Of a stretch of DNA of 64,000 nucleotides, positions 1-9,184 are shown piece by piece. Source of the stretch: Gemmatimonadota bacterium (GTDB lineage Bacteria; Gemmatimonadota; Gemmatimonadetes; Gemmatimonadales; GWC2-71-9); assembly GCA_036679605.1 (NCBI GenBank), contig JAZDCZ010000102.1, positions 1 through 64,000 on the forward strand. Direction: 5' to 3'. Each line of letters begins with the position of its first letter. Position 1 is the first letter of the stretch. Below the pieces are notes generated by a model that worked only from the letters and a program-made list of their open reading frames with translations, was not told where the DNA came from and did not search any database. The position numbers and the translations under genes are program-made.

Positions 1-25
1 CGACATATTTCGTAGTCCGTTTCAT
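1..25 (-). mobile_element. 5' end of a probable IS110-family transposase (runs off the window)
   Basis: ATG at 25 with AAGGAG RBS (39-34). It reads MKRTTKYV, resembling the N-terminal (K)YV(G/A)LDVH strand of IS110 DEDD transposases. Only 8 codons are visible. Confidence 0.4.
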
Positions 26-71
26 GAGAGCTGCTCCTTGCTGCGATGGTCCATGGGTCTTCGTCGACTCC

Positions 72-99
72 ATGATAGCAGCAGGGGGCGCGCTTTCAA
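72..99 (-). promoter_or_regulatory. putative sigma70 promoter for the gene starting at 25
   Basis: Minus strand TTGAAA-N16-TATCAT, with TG at the extended -10 position. Confidence 0.35.
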
Positions 100-104
100 T
101 ATGC

Positions 105-276
105 GTTAGGCCGCTCCGAACCGACGACTAGTACTGACGCAAGAATTCAATGACCTTCTGATTGAAGTCTTCTGGATTCCCTCTTTGCGAGTTAGGCCGC
201 TCCGAACCGACGACTAGTACTGACGCAAGAATTCAATGACCTTCTGATTGAAGTCTTCTGGATTCCCTCTTTGCGA
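105..276. repeat. perfect 86-bp tandem duplication (105-190, 191-276) of the hydrolase 3' end plus attC R'' box
   Basis: gttaggccgctccgaa...ccctctttgcga occurs twice head to tail. Confidence 0.95.
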
Positions 277-1137
277 GTGTTGCGAGTTGTGCCCCGCGTT
301 AGCGATATTCACCCGTTCTGTGTTTGGCACACATCGCTGTAACGCGTCCATTACCAAGTGAAAAACTCTCGGGCTCAGCTCGCCGGTCACCAGAAGCGTA
401 GGCGCATGAATGTCCTGTAGTTGTTGGCAGGTGACCTGCGGAAGCCACTCTTGCGGATCCGTGAGCACTTGGACCTTCATGGCCGGCGCATATCTCATAA
501 ACTCTGTCCGTTCGCTCTCTGACATTTCATCAAAAGCACCCGCCCTTGCCCGAAGAGCATCGACGAATACTCTCATGCCATCTTCCAAGCTGCCTTTCCG
601 AAACGCCTCGCGAGTGGCTTCGTGTACATCTCTATCCCATGCGGCTGCGACCGCCCCACCAACAGGATCGTTCTGCAGCAAGGGCAGAAGGGGTGGTTCT
701 GCAAGAACCAGGGAACGAACGAGGGATGGGTGTGTGAGCGCCAGCATAACAGCGGTGTAAGCGCCATACGATAGTCCAACGACGTGGGCATTCTGGAACC
801 CAAGTGCCTGGATCATCGCAGCAAGATCTTCGGCGTGGATAGAGGGTGAGTAAACTGAATCGCCCGGCACCGATGGATTTGGTGGATGGAAACGACGACT
901 GTAGGAAATCACTCTGAAGTGTCTTGAAAAGGCATCAAATTGCGAGCTGAATGTCATGAAATCCCCAAGGCTCCCATGGACAAAAACTACGGGATCTCCT
1001 GTTCCCACGTCGATGTAATTGAGCTCTGCGCCATTGACTTGAATCCTCTTCGGTTGGACGGCGTCCTGAGCAGGTGAGCATGCGGCTACGGCAAGTGCAC
1101 CAACCACCAAGAGAATCTTATTTATGTGATGGCTCAT
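214..1137 (-). CDS. alpha/beta hydrolase lipoprotein (gene cassette)
   Basis: VFVHG oxyanion motif, GLSYG nucleophile elbow, C-terminal AGH. Start moved to ATG 1137 (MSHHINKILLVVGALAVAAC lipobox) because the longer ORF runs through attC. Confidence 0.85.
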   Translation of the reverse strand: MSHHINKILLVVGALAVAACSPAQDAVQPKRIQVNGAELNYIDVGTGDPVVFVHGSLGDFMTFSSQFDAFSRHFRVISYSRRFHPPNPSVPGDSVYSPSIHAEDLAAMIQALGFQNAHVVGLSYGAYTAVMLALTHPSLVRSLVLAEPPLLPLLQNDPVGGAVAAAWDRDVHEATREAFRKGSLEDGMRVFVDALRARAGAFDEMSESERTEFMRYAPAMKVQVLTDPQEWLPQVTCQQLQDIHAPTLLVTGELSPRVFHLVMDALQRCVPNTERVNIANAGHNSQHSQRGNPEDFNQKVIEFLRQY

Positions 1138-1181
1138 TTTTACCCGCCTTTGCTTGATTTGATTTGCTGACAAAATGGGCA

Positions 1182-1243
1182 GCCTAACGGTCTGGCGATC
1201 AGCGGCGGCGCGAAGCGCTGTCCGCTGCATCGCGTTGTTGGGC
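1182..1243 (-). other. integron attC site (62 bp)
   Basis: Minus strand GCCCAAC-aacgc-GATGCAGC...GCTGATC-gccagacc-GTTAGGC: R'', L'' with the extra G, L', R'. Confidence 0.9.
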
Positions 1244-1408
1244 AGCCTTCTCGGCGAGCCTTCGGAGAAATGGGTCCGAGTACTGATGCGATCGGAGCCA
1301 CTGAGCCAGTTCGTCGTAGCTCATGTCCGCGATCTCTGCGCTCAGCCTGTCCCTAGTCTGGCGCATGCTCTGCACGCAGTCGAAGGTCTTGGAAGTAGGA
1401 TTACTCAT
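1199..1408 (-). CDS. small putative antitoxin partner of the PIN toxin
   Basis: MSNPTSKTFDCVQSMRQTRDRLSAEIADM. Start overlaps the PIN gene end; the stop lies inside attC. Confidence 0.65.
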   Translation of the reverse strand: MSNPTSKTFDCVQSMRQTRDRLSAEIADMSYDELAQWLRSHQYSDPFLRRLAEKAAQQRDAADSASRRR

Positions 1409-1859
1409 CGCCTGGGACCTCCCGAGGAGTTCGGATTTCGAGAAGGGGGTACCCTCTCTTGAGGTTGACAGCATTGTATGCGTGGATTCGTTTCAGGTTG
1501 ACGATGTGCTTGAAGTTCCAACTGACGAGGACATCGACTCGAGCCACGGTGGCGAGCGCGATGTGCAGAGCGTCTGCGCGCATGCGTGTCTCGATGGCGC
1601 CCTCCTCCATGTAGGCAGCCGCGAGTTCCTCTGCCTCCGGGGAAAGCGACAGGGGCTCAATGTGGGCTTCCGGAACCCGGCCCACGACCTTCCTAACTCC
1701 CTCGGGAGCGTTCTCGAGTTCGCGGAGCGCGAGTTCGGACAGCACGAGCGTCAGTTCGCCACGTACAAACGCCTCAACCAAGCGCAGAGAGGGATCGCGG
1801 AACTCGTCATCTTCACAGCCACCGAGGACCGAGGTGTCCGTGTAAATCCGAGGTTTCAT
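1401..1859 (-). CDS. PIN-domain (VapC-like) ribonuclease toxin
   Basis: IYTDTSV, DALHIALA and SWNFKHIVN PIN motifs. Confidence 0.85.
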   Translation of the reverse strand: MKPRIYTDTSVLGGCEDDEFRDPSLRLVEAFVRGELTLVLSELALRELENAPEGVRKVVGRVPEAHIEPLSLSPEAEELAAAYMEEGAIETRMRADALHIALATVARVDVLVSWNFKHIVNLKRIHAYNAVNLKRGYPLLEIRTPREVPGDE

Positions 1860-1922
1860 GGCCGCACTCTACTCGATGTCATGGGGACGCGCACTCGTTC
1901 TCCTTCCGCAGCGCCTTGGCCT

Positions 1923-1942
1923 GCCCAACTGGTATTAGGCGC
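1923..1942 (-). other. cassette start/recombination core (attI-like or secondary site)
   Basis: Minus strand CGCCTAA-tacca-GTTGGGCag. GTTGGGCAG is complementary to this cassette's own R'' end (CTGCCCAAC). Confidence 0.65.
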
Positions 1943-2060
1943 TTGCGCACATTACTCCATCCTGTCGACGATCGCAAACGCCTCCGGTAAGTACGCCCTC
2001 TCTTCCTCATCGATGAAGGCCGCGTCTGGGACGCGTATGAATGAGCACGGGGATGTCCAG

Positions 2061-2441
2061 CTAGTTGGGTTCATTGGTAGTTCTGGCTTCACCAACTGAA
2101 ATCGCCAAACCGTCCGGATCACGGTATTGCGCCACGCGTGCACCGAACACCTCGGTCGGGTTCTGAACGCAGGGTACGCCGTGCGCCAACATCCTTTCAT
2201 GAAACTCGTCGAGATCGGGCACTTGCAGTCCCGGCCGGCAGCGACCCGCCGGCAAGTCGTCCGAATCGCCCCCGGTATCGGCTGGCTCGTGGCTCTTATG
2301 CAGCGCAAGCGTTGCTCCGTCGGTCGCAAACTCGGTCCACCCAGGCGACGCAAACTTCAGCTGTATCCCGATTACATCACGGTAAAACGCCACAGACCGA
2401 TCCATATCGCTTACAAAGACAATCGCGTAATTCAGTCGCAT
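2061..2441 (-). CDS. VOC/glyoxalase family protein
   Basis: YAIVFVSDMDRSVAFYRDVIG and YRDPDG motifs. GAGG RBS before ATG 2441. Ends in an R''-like ACCCAAC-TAG. Confidence 0.85.
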   Translation of the reverse strand: MRLNYAIVFVSDMDRSVAFYRDVIGIQLKFASPGWTEFATDGATLALHKSHEPADTGGDSDDLPAGRCRPGLQVPDLDEFHERMLAHGVPCVQNPTEVFGARVAQYRDPDGLAISVGEARTTNEPN

Positions 2442-2508
2442 TGGAGACCTCATCTTTCGATCACGTTCAGTTCTCTAGCGCAGTCATCCATCACCGTGCG
2501 TGGACTTA

Positions 2509-2766
2509 TTACTCGGCGGCAAGGTACGTCGTGAGCTCGAGCTCGTGTCCGTCGGGATCACGGAAGTAAATCGAGTGGGCGATATCATGGTCCGCAAATT
2601 CAAAGGCAGTTTCGCGTGTGCGTAATTCCACTTGCGCGGTCTCAAAGTTGCCCCGATCAACCCGGAACGCCAGGTGGCGCATCGTGATCGCATCTCGGCC
2701 AGGACGGTTGGGCTGCTGGGCTGCTCCACTGGAAATAGGGCAATCGCCGTGGTGCCGATTCCAACT
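2509..2766 (-). pseudogene. 5'-truncated, frameshifted VOC-family gene
   Basis: VGIGTTAIALFPV in one frame, then MRHLAFRVDRGNF...HSIYFRDPDGHELELTTY-stop in another; no start codon. Confidence 0.7.
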
Positions 2767-2782
2767 CAGTCGTCCCGCGTTC

Positions 2783-3601
2783 CTAAGCCAATGATCGGTT
2801 CGCGATCATAAAGTGCGTCGCGTTGTGAAAATCTCTCGGCCCGTCTCCACTATTCCACATGGACTGGCGTACGGCTGATTTTGCTTCGTCCTGGACGGCT
2901 CGGTCCAAAGCGGCTGTCGTCACCGCAGCCAACGCGTTCCACGCCGAATCAAAATCGGCGAACTGAAACGCAGTGACATCTGTCTCCACACGAGCCTCCA
3001 AGCCGGCCTCCGACAGTTGACGGACGAACGGAGCTGGATCCGCAAGGGCACCGGGCCCAACTCCCTCCACAGGCGGCTTCGGGGCAAAACTGCCCGCGGT
3101 TTGCTGAAATCGGACGATGTCAGCTTGATCCGGGCCAGCCCATACGGCCGCCACTAGCCGCCCTCCTGGGCGCAGAACTCGCGCAATCTCCCGAGCGGTA
3201 GCCGCGCGGTCTATGACATACATCAGACTGAGCGAGGCAAGAACTACATCGTGGCTTTGGTCTGGGGCTGGAATCGCCTCGCCCCGACCTTCTGCGAAAT
3301 CAATATTCGACAACGACCGCTCCCCTGCACCGGCACGCGCTTTGGAAAGCATCTCTGCACTAATGTCAACGGCGGTGACCCTGCCAGCAGCTCCAATTTT
3401 AGCTGCTGCCGCAAAAGCTACTGACCCGGTTCCCGTACCGAGGTCGATCACAGTTTGACCCGGCTGCAGGTCTGCTCGAGCGAGCAAACCTTCGATTACG
3501 GGTACGAATCGCTTATCAATCTCGTGCTGATAGACGTCGGCCATCTTGTCCCAAATGCCGACCTGCCACTGAAAACCGTCATCCGATATATGCTCCACCA
3601 T
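2783..3601 (-). CDS. class I SAM-dependent methyltransferase (UbiE-like)
   Basis: VIDLGTGTG motif I, AVDIS, RVLRPGGRL. Confidence 0.85.
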   Translation of the reverse strand: MVEHISDDGFQWQVGIWDKMADVYQHEIDKRFVPVIEGLLARADLQPGQTVIDLGTGTGSVAFAAAAKIGAAGRVTAVDISAEMLSKARAGAGERSLSNIDFAEGRGEAIPAPDQSHDVVLASLSLMYVIDRAATAREIARVLRPGGRLVAAVWAGPDQADIVRFQQTAGSFAPKPPVEGVGPGALADPAPFVRQLSEAGLEARVETDVTAFQFADFDSAWNALAAVTTAALDRAVQDEAKSAVRQSMWNSGDGPRDFHNATHFMIANRSLA

Positions 3602-3628
3602 CGTTGGGAACCCCTCTTCTTGGGAATC

Positions 3629-3647
3629 AGCTAACTAATCTTACGCA
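3629..3647 (-). other. possible cassette entry core site (attI-like)
   Basis: Minus strand GCGTAA-gatta-GTTAGCT about 28 bp before the methyltransferase ATG; same TAA-N5-GTT geometry as 1923-1942. Confidence 0.4.
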
Positions 3648-3848
3648 ACCATTGACGGGTGTGGATCCTGCCTACGTCGCGTAGCGAAGTATCGTGCACA
3701 GAATACCAGCGCAGCGCAATGCCAGAAGCCGGGGACAAATCACAGCTACGCGTCTACCGATCTCCCGTTCGCGCCACTATCCTAAGAGGGCATTGGCGAA
3801 GTATTGAAATCCTTTCATCCAGGTATGGCACAAATGCTCGAGTCCCCC

Positions 3849-6692
3849 ATGGCATCACCGATCTCGCCGTCGGTCCTGCAGAGATCACCGAATCCCAACC
3901 TCACTACACTGCTGGTGCTAGCTGCATTCACTGCGATCGCGGTTCCGGTAGCGGCGGCCCAGGATCGTATTCCCACGCCCAAGGAGGCACTGGGATTCAA
4001 CATCGGGGATGACTACCATCTCGCTACATATACGCAGCTGGTGGATTACTGGAACGATCTCGCTGCTGCGTCGCCGAGGATGGTGCTGGAGCAAATCGGT
4101 AACACCGCCGAGGGACGGCCGCAATTAATGGCGATCATCACATCGCCCGAGAATCACCAAAACCTGGCGCGCTACAAGGAAATCGCGGCGAGACTCGCTC
4201 ACGCAGAAGGCTTGAGTGAAACTGAAGCACGAGCACTGGCCGCCGAGGGTAAGGCGGTCATCTGGATCGATGGCGGCCTGCACGCAACCGAGGTCCTGGG
4301 TGCGCATCAACTGATGGAGTGGGTCTATCAGATGGTCAGCCGTTCCGACGATGAAACACTGCGGTTCTTGAACGACGTCATTCTGCTCGCCGTTCACGCC
4401 AACCCAGACGGTATGGAACTGGTCTCCAACTGGTACATGCGCGAGTCCAATCCGCTTGAGCGCTCTACCAGCGGCATCCCTCGGCTGTACCAGAAGTATG
4501 TCGGCCACGACAACAATCGTGACTTCTTTTTGGCGAGCCAGCCCGAGACCGAGAACATGAATCGCATCATGTTTCGTGAGTGGTTCCCGCAGATCGTCTA
4601 CAACCATCATCAGACCGGCCCAGCCGGCACCGTGATGTTTGCCCCCCCGTTCCGTGATCCGTTCAACTACAATCTCGATCCATTGGTACCGCTCGGCATC
4701 GAGATGGTAGGAGCTGCAATGCACAGCCGGTTTGTTGCCGAGGGCAAAGGCGGCACAACTATGCGCTCGGGGGCTAGTTATTCAACTTGGTGGAACGGTG
4801 GCCTCAGAACCATCACCTACTTCCACAACATGATCGGGTTACTCACTGAGACCAAGGGCAACCCGACGCCGATCGAGATTGAATTCATTCCCGATAGACA
4901 GCTGCCGAGAAGCGATCTACCGCTTCCCATCGAGCCTCAGACCTGGCATTTCCGCCAGTCCATCGATTATTCGATCACTGCCAACCGCGCAGTTATGGAC
5001 TACGCATCCCGCTATCGGGAAACGTTGCTGTATCGCATTTACTTGATGGGAAGAAACTCGATCGAGCGAGGCAGCCAAGATCACTGGACTATTCACCCAC
5101 AACTGATTGATGCAGTCAAGTTGGCCGCAGCCAGTGCACAGCCCAGCGGCGACAGTGAACAACAGTCCCGGCGGAGGTCCCGAGGTACCGACCCGCGCTA
5201 CTTCGATCAGGTACTGCGCGATCCGGCGCTACGGGACGCCCGTGGATACATCCTGCCGGCGGATCAGCCCGATTTCCCTACTGCCACCACGTTCATCAAC
5301 GCGCTCATAAAGAATGGAATCACGGTTCACCGCGCGACGCGCAACTTCGACGTGGCGGGTAAGCGATATGCCGAGGGCTCCTACGTAGTGCAGTCAGCAC
5401 AAGCGTTTCGCGCACATGTGCTCGACATGTTCGAACCGCAGGACCATCCCAATGACTTCGCCTATCCCGGCGGCCCACCGATTCCACCGTACGACAACGC
5501 AGGCTGGACGCTGGCTTTACAGATGGGGGTAGAGTTCGACCGGATCATCGACGGATTCGACGGTCCATTCGAAGCGATCGAAGGGTTTGCCGCACCGAGC
5601 GGTGGCGCCGTTGCCCGAGGGAATGGCGCGGCGGGCTTCCTGTTGAGCCATCAGGTGAACGACGGTTTCGTTGCAACAAATCGTCTCATGGCTGCCGGCG
5701 AAAATATTTACTGGCTCACTGAGCCGCTAGTGGAAAACGGACAAACCTATCCCGCCGGAACCATCTACATCGATTCGAGAAGCTCGACCAACAATACTCT
5801 ACAGCGGCTGGCATCGGAGCTGGGATTGAGCTTCGACGGTGTTCGCTCAGCGCCGCACGGTGAAGCACTCGAGATGCGCCCCGTGCGCGTCGGCCTTTGG
5901 GATCGCTACGGTGGTTCGATGTCGTCAGGCTGGGCCAGGTGGTTGCTGGAACAGTACGAGTTTCCCTTTGACGTCGTCTACCCGCCTGCCCTCGACTCGG
6001 GCAACCTAGCCGACAACTACGATGTGTTGATATTCGTGAACGGAGCCATTCCATCAACCGGCGAAGATCGTAATCAGTTTGGGCGTTTCCGCCGCCAGCC
6101 CGACGCCGCGACCATCCCGGCCGAGTACCGCGAAAGACTGGGAAGCGTGACCGCAGAGAACACGCTCCCGATGCTGAAGCAATTCCTTGAGGATGGCGGC
6201 TCGATGGTCACGATCGGTAGCTCTACCAACATGGCGTATCATTTGGGCCTACCTGTAGAAGACTATCTGCTGAATGACGAGGGTCGACGTCTGGCTCGAG
6301 AGGATTATTACATGCCGGGCTCACTCCACCGCATCAGCATCGACAACACGCAGCCCGTGGCATACGGACTAGCGGACCAGATCATCGTGCACTTCAACAA
6401 CAGCCCGGTGTTCGAGCTTGCACCGGACGCTGACTCCAAAGGCGTGCGCCGTGTCGGGTGGTTTGACAGCGATCGACCTCTCGTAAGCGGTTGGGCCTGG
6501 GGTCAGAAGTACCTAGAGGGCGGCACCACTCTGGCCCAAGCCGACGTTGGTAAAGGCAAGCTCTATCTGTTCGGTCCCGAGATAATCCGCCGTGGACAGC
6601 CGCACGGAAGCTTCAAGTTGTTGTTCAACGCGATTTATCTGGCGGGCGCTACGAAGGTGCAACTGCAAGAGACTTCGGGAGGGTCTAACTAA
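3849..6692 (+). CDS. secreted M14-family zinc carboxypeptidase
   Basis: Signal peptide, GGLHATE (HxxE), NPDG, HDNNRD, NHHQ. Exact start uncertain. Confidence 0.85.
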   Translation: MASPISPSVLQRSPNPNLTTLLVLAAFTAIAVPVAAAQDRIPTPKEALGFNIGDDYHLATYTQLVDYWNDLAAASPRMVLEQIGNTAEGRPQLMAIITSPENHQNLARYKEIAARLAHAEGLSETEARALAAEGKAVIWIDGGLHATEVLGAHQLMEWVYQMVSRSDDETLRFLNDVILLAVHANPDGMELVSNWYMRESNPLERSTSGIPRLYQKYVGHDNNRDFFLASQPETENMNRIMFREWFPQIVYNHHQTGPAGTVMFAPPFRDPFNYNLDPLVPLGIEMVGAAMHSRFVAEGKGGTTMRSGASYSTWWNGGLRTITYFHNMIGLLTETKGNPTPIEIEFIPDRQLPRSDLPLPIEPQTWHFRQSIDYSITANRAVMDYASRYRETLLYRIYLMGRNSIERGSQDHWTIHPQLIDAVKLAAASAQPSGDSEQQSRRRSRGTDPRYFDQVLRDPALRDARGYILPADQPDFPTATTFINALIKNGITVHRATRNFDVAGKRYAEGSYVVQSAQAFRAHVLDMFEPQDHPNDFAYPGGPPIPPYDNAGWTLALQMGVEFDRIIDGFDGPFEAIEGFAAPSGGAVARGNGAAGFLLSHQVNDGFVATNRLMAAGENIYWLTEPLVENGQTYPAGTIYIDSRSSTNNTLQRLASELGLSFDGVRSAPHGEALEMRPVRVGLWDRYGGSMSSGWARWLLEQYEFPFDVVYPPALDSGNLADNYDVLIFVNGAIPSTGEDRNQFGRFRRQPDAATIPAEYRERLGSVTAENTLPMLKQFLEDGGSMVTIGSSTNMAYHLGLPVEDYLLNDEGRRLAREDYYMPGSLHRISIDNTQPVAYGLADQIIVHFNNSPVFELAPDADSKGVRRVGWFDSDRPLVSGWAWGQKYLEGGTTLAQADVGKGKLYLFGPEIIRRGQPHGSFKLLFNAIYLAGATKVQLQETSGGSN

Positions 6693-6710
6693 GGGCACAT
6701 TGTAACAATA

Positions 6711-7904
6711 CTACTGCGCCGGCGCGATCCTGAATACCCCTCCCTCGATCGTGAGCACGTAGATCTCACCGTTTGCGTCTTCGCCGAATGACGAGATCCC
6801 GCCGCCCGGCGCAAGTGCGGTGCTGTGATCGAGCCTGTCGGTAACCGCGCCTCCATCGTACAGAAAGCTCCTCACAAACTGGGAACAAAAATCTCCATAC
6901 AGATACCTGCCCACCAACGCCGGAATGCGCGAACCGCGGTACACGTAACCGCCTGTGACGGAACAGCCCCCGCTTGCGTTGTGGAGATACTCTAGCGCGG
7001 GCAGTGTAAGCCCTGATGTGTCGCAGTTTGCACTCAGAAAACAGCGGCTCCCCTCCATCGTATTCCAGCCGTAGTTCTCACCGCCGGTACTCACGGCAGG
7101 GTGCACGTCAACCTCCTCTACCTCGTCCTGGCCCACGTCCGCGACATAGAGATCGCCGGTTCCCCTGTCGAAAGAGAACCGCCACGGGTTTCGCAGACCG
7201 GAAGCCCAAATTTCGTCGCGCGCGTTGGGATCACCCACATGTGGGTTGTCTACCGGAATAGCAAAAGGATCACCGCCATCGACGTCGAGCCGCAGGATGC
7301 TTCCCAATAAGGTCGACAGATCTTGGCCGCTTCCCAATGGATCTCCACCGCCCCCTCCATCACCAAGACCCACGTAGAGCATTCCATCGGGCCCGAACGC
7401 GACCTGGCCGCCGTTGTGATTGTTGAACGGTTGATCGACGGCAAGAATCAAACGAGCCGAGGACGGATCCGCGACGTCGGGATCGCCGGACACGTTGTAG
7501 CGCACCACCCTGGTACCGCCGTCACCCACATCCGTATAGTAGACAAAGAACTGACCATTCTGATCGTACTGCGGATGGAAAGCGAAACTCAGAAGACCTC
7601 TCTCACCTGCGAGCGACGTGAGATTGGTGATGTTCAGAAACGGTATCTGAACGACCGAGCCGTCGCGGATGATGCGAATGATACCAGGCCGCTCTACAAC
7701 GAACAGTCGGGAATTGTCACCGGGCGCTGCGGTCAGAAAAACCGGTTGATCGAGAACGGTGGAAACGACCTCCAACACCAGGTCCATAGCGGACATCGGA
7801 TCCTGCATCGCGTCCGGCTCCGTCACGGAACTACTCCTGCCGCAGCCCCATGTTGCCACTAGACCAAGCACAATCCAGCTAACGCTAGTTGCGTTGCGCA
7901 TCAT
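6711..7904 (-). CDS. PQQ-dependent glucose/sorbosone dehydrogenase family lipoprotein
   Basis: GERGLLSFAFHP, NHNGGQVAFGPDGMLY and GLRNPWRFSFD motifs; lipobox-like TWGC. Confidence 0.88.
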   Translation of the reverse strand: MMRNATSVSWIVLGLVATWGCGRSSSVTEPDAMQDPMSAMDLVLEVVSTVLDQPVFLTAAPGDNSRLFVVERPGIIRIIRDGSVVQIPFLNITNLTSLAGERGLLSFAFHPQYDQNGQFFVYYTDVGDGGTRVVRYNVSGDPDVADPSSARLILAVDQPFNNHNGGQVAFGPDGMLYVGLGDGGGGGDPLGSGQDLSTLLGSILRLDVDGGDPFAIPVDNPHVGDPNARDEIWASGLRNPWRFSFDRGTGDLYVADVGQDEVEEVDVHPAVSTGGENYGWNTMEGSRCFLSANCDTSGLTLPALEYLHNASGGCSVTGGYVYRGSRIPALVGRYLYGDFCSQFVRSFLYDGGAVTDRLDHSTALAPGGGISSFGEDANGEIYVLTIEGGVFRIAPAQ

Positions 7905-9159
7905 CCAGATTCTTGAACACCTCACCACCCTTCATAACGAACACAACGTGCTCGAGCACCCGAATGTCCTCCAGTGGATTCCCCGGCACTGCGATCAGAT
8001 CGGCAAAGGTGCCTTCAGCAATCCGGCCGCGGTCGCTCACACCCAGAATATCTGCTGCCACAGTCGTCGATGAGCGAATGGCGTCGATGGGGCTCATGCC
8101 AAGCTCTACGAGCACACCGAACTCCCTCGCGTTGTCACCGTGAGGATAAACTGCGGCATCGGTACCAAAGGCTATCTTGACTCCAGCAACAATCGCCTTG
8201 CGTAAGCTCTCCCGCGCCAAGGGCAACACGGTCTCTGCTTTGGCTCGAACCTGGGGCGGCAGCGCGCTGAGATCGATTGCATCGACGAGATAAGTTGTCG
8301 GAACCAAGTATGTCCCGTGATCTTTCATCAACTGGATAGCCTCGTCATCGAGCATCGAGCCATGCTCTATCGAGGCAACACCCGCTCTGACAGCTGCCTT
8401 GATTCCCTCCGTTCCGTGAGCATGTGCCGCCACCTTCATCTCGTGACGCCCGGCCTCTTCTACTATCGCGCTCATCTCTTCGAACGAGAACTGTTGAGCA
8501 CCCACCGCTTTCTCGAATGAAAGCACACCGGCTGTAGCACAGATCTTGATGACCTTGGCTCCATGCTTTATTTGGTAGCGCTCGGCACGCAGCACGGTCT
8601 CCGGTCCATCTGCCACTCCCTGTTCGGGTCCGGTCTCTAGCACTCCGGGCCTAAATCCTGTGACATCGCAATGACCGCCCGTGATGCTCAGGCTGTGACC
8701 AGCCGGCCATATGCGTGGTCCCACGATCATGCCTGCATCGATGCCATGCATTAGCGATATGTCAGCGAAATCTGTGGAGCCTAGGTCACGTACGGTGGTA
8801 AACCCAGCCAAGAGCGTAACGCGCGCGTTACGCGCTCCACGCAGTACCGTCTCGCCCTCCGACTCCCGAACCTGTCGGTTTACCCAATCTCCCTCGATGT
8901 CGTAGGCAAGATGGGTGTGCATATCCATCAGGCCGGGAAGAAGCGTCACATCACCGAGATCGATCACCTCGACGTTACGTGGTACGCTGCCGCCGACTCC
9001 CGTAATGTGGTCGCCCTCCACAACTACCATGGCGTCTTGGATGATTCTGCCGCTCTCTACATCGAGCATGCGAGCAGCTCGGACGATTTTGGTCTGTGCT
9101 ACTGCCGGAAGCGTTCCCAACACCAACGCGAGCAGCGATACGCTCCATACGCGCAACAT
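7885..9159 (-). CDS. secreted metal-dependent amidohydrolase (Xaa-Pro dipeptidase-like)
   Basis: PGLMDMHTH, AHAHG, SIEHG, FGTD; signal peptide; RBS before ATG 9159. Confidence 0.88.
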   Translation of the reverse strand: MLRVWSVSLLALVLGTLPAVAQTKIVRAARMLDVESGRIIQDAMVVVEGDHITGVGGSVPRNVEVIDLGDVTLLPGLMDMHTHLAYDIEGDWVNRQVRESEGETVLRGARNARVTLLAGFTTVRDLGSTDFADISLMHGIDAGMIVGPRIWPAGHSLSITGGHCDVTGFRPGVLETGPEQGVADGPETVLRAERYQIKHGAKVIKICATAGVLSFEKAVGAQQFSFEEMSAIVEEAGRHEMKVAAHAHGTEGIKAAVRAGVASIEHGSMLDDEAIQLMKDHGTYLVPTTYLVDAIDLSALPPQVRAKAETVLPLARESLRKAIVAGVKIAFGTDAAVYPHGDNAREFGVLVELGMSPIDAIRSSTTVAADILGVSDRGRIAEGTFADLIAVPGNPLEDIRVLEHVVFVMKGGEVFKNLDDAQRN

Positions 9160-9184
9160 GTGGTTTCCTTTCAATAATGACTCA

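Noticed and set aside
105..276. Tandem repeat as a CRISPR array
   Set aside because: Two contiguous 86-bp copies, no spacers, no cas genes
1138..1230. N-terminal extension of the hydrolase ORF (338 aa)
   Set aside because: It runs through the attC site; the signal peptide begins at ATG 1137
1323..2099. 258-aa plus-strand ORF
   Set aside because: Antisense shadow of the PIN gene, with no motifs
2484..2729. 81-aa ORF as a real gene
   Set aside because: Mostly the wrong frame of the frameshifted VOC pseudogene
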